From Halocafeteria seosinensis (Eukaryota), in assembly GCA_001687465.1 (NCBI GenBank), contig LVLI01000172.1, positions 310,001 to 331,437 of the forward strand: a stretch of 21,437 nucleotides of DNA, given 5' to 3'. Position 1 is the first letter of the stretch. Each line of letters opens with the position of its first letter. Of the stretch, positions 21,078-21,437 are shown piece by piece. A program made the translations under genes and the position numbers. A model generated the notes under the pieces. It did not search any database. It was not told the origin of the DNA and saw nothing but the letters and a program-made list of their open reading frames with translations.

Positions 21078-21437
21078 ATGAGACGGCAATACGTGGGCGA
21101 AGATGAAGCTCGGAGCCGAGACAGCCTGGCGAGAAGGGCTCATATGCAATATGTAAGGTGCCAATCTCTGAAATATTTGGTGAATATGTCAGTACTTGTG
21201 TGTTTAACACATTGGAAAGCGCAGACTAGTTTGATTTCACTGGGGATACGATTCATTCTCTGGTTCCAGAGACTCTCCTCCTGTGAAGTCGAGAGCCATG
21301 AGAGAGACCCGGAAAACCCGGTCAGAAAGCACCATTATCTTCGGATTGTTCGTGTAACAATCGGCTCCCACCCTTTTCCACTCATATGGGTATCGTATCA
21401 TGCCTTCAGATGGATGCTAAATTAGCTGCTGTAGCTG
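21078..21437 (+). CDS. Possible first exon(s) of an unknown gene running off the right edge
   Basis: ATG at 21078 (MRRQYVGEDEARSRDSLARRAHMQY), a GTAAGG donor-like site near 21153 and a TTCCAG acceptor-like site near 21269 in the same frame. No recognisable domain. Confidence 0.25.

Noticed and set aside
1..21437. Alternative genetic code, stop readthrough or frameshifted pseudogenes to explain the fragmented ORFs
   Set aside because: Canonical GT-AG introns under the standard code restore intact frames for all recognised genes.

Overview
Compact, intron-rich eukaryotic genomic DNA, not prokaryotic. It is probably from a protist, but the lineage cannot be fixed from this window alone. By hand I reconstructed 23 complete GT-AG introns of 57-123 nt, each preserving the reading frame, so the ORF track shows most genes only in fragments. 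The genes, left to right, are: (-) the 5' part of a PD-(D/E)XK/MGME1-like nuclease running off the left edge; (+) a VOC-fold methylmalonyl-CoA epimerase-like protein with a probable mitochondrial presequence exon; (+) a 5-exon coiled-coil protein of unknown function; (-) ER glucosidase I (MOGS, GH63); (-) PP2A scaffold subunit A; (+) WASH1; (-) MAD2; (-) a CCCH zinc finger fused to an ABITRAM/Simiate domain; (-) a Zn(II)2Cys6 transcription factor whose cluster is split by an intron and which may carry a C-terminal PAS-like domain. Upstream of the last gene lies a 4-copy palindromic GTATCCCGGGATGC array. The most interesting points are the hidden Zn-cluster(+PAS-like) regulator, the CCCH-ABITRAM fusion, the hidden nuclease, a WASH1 lacking the terminal Trp and the palindromic array. 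All family assignments come from recalled motifs; no database search was run.
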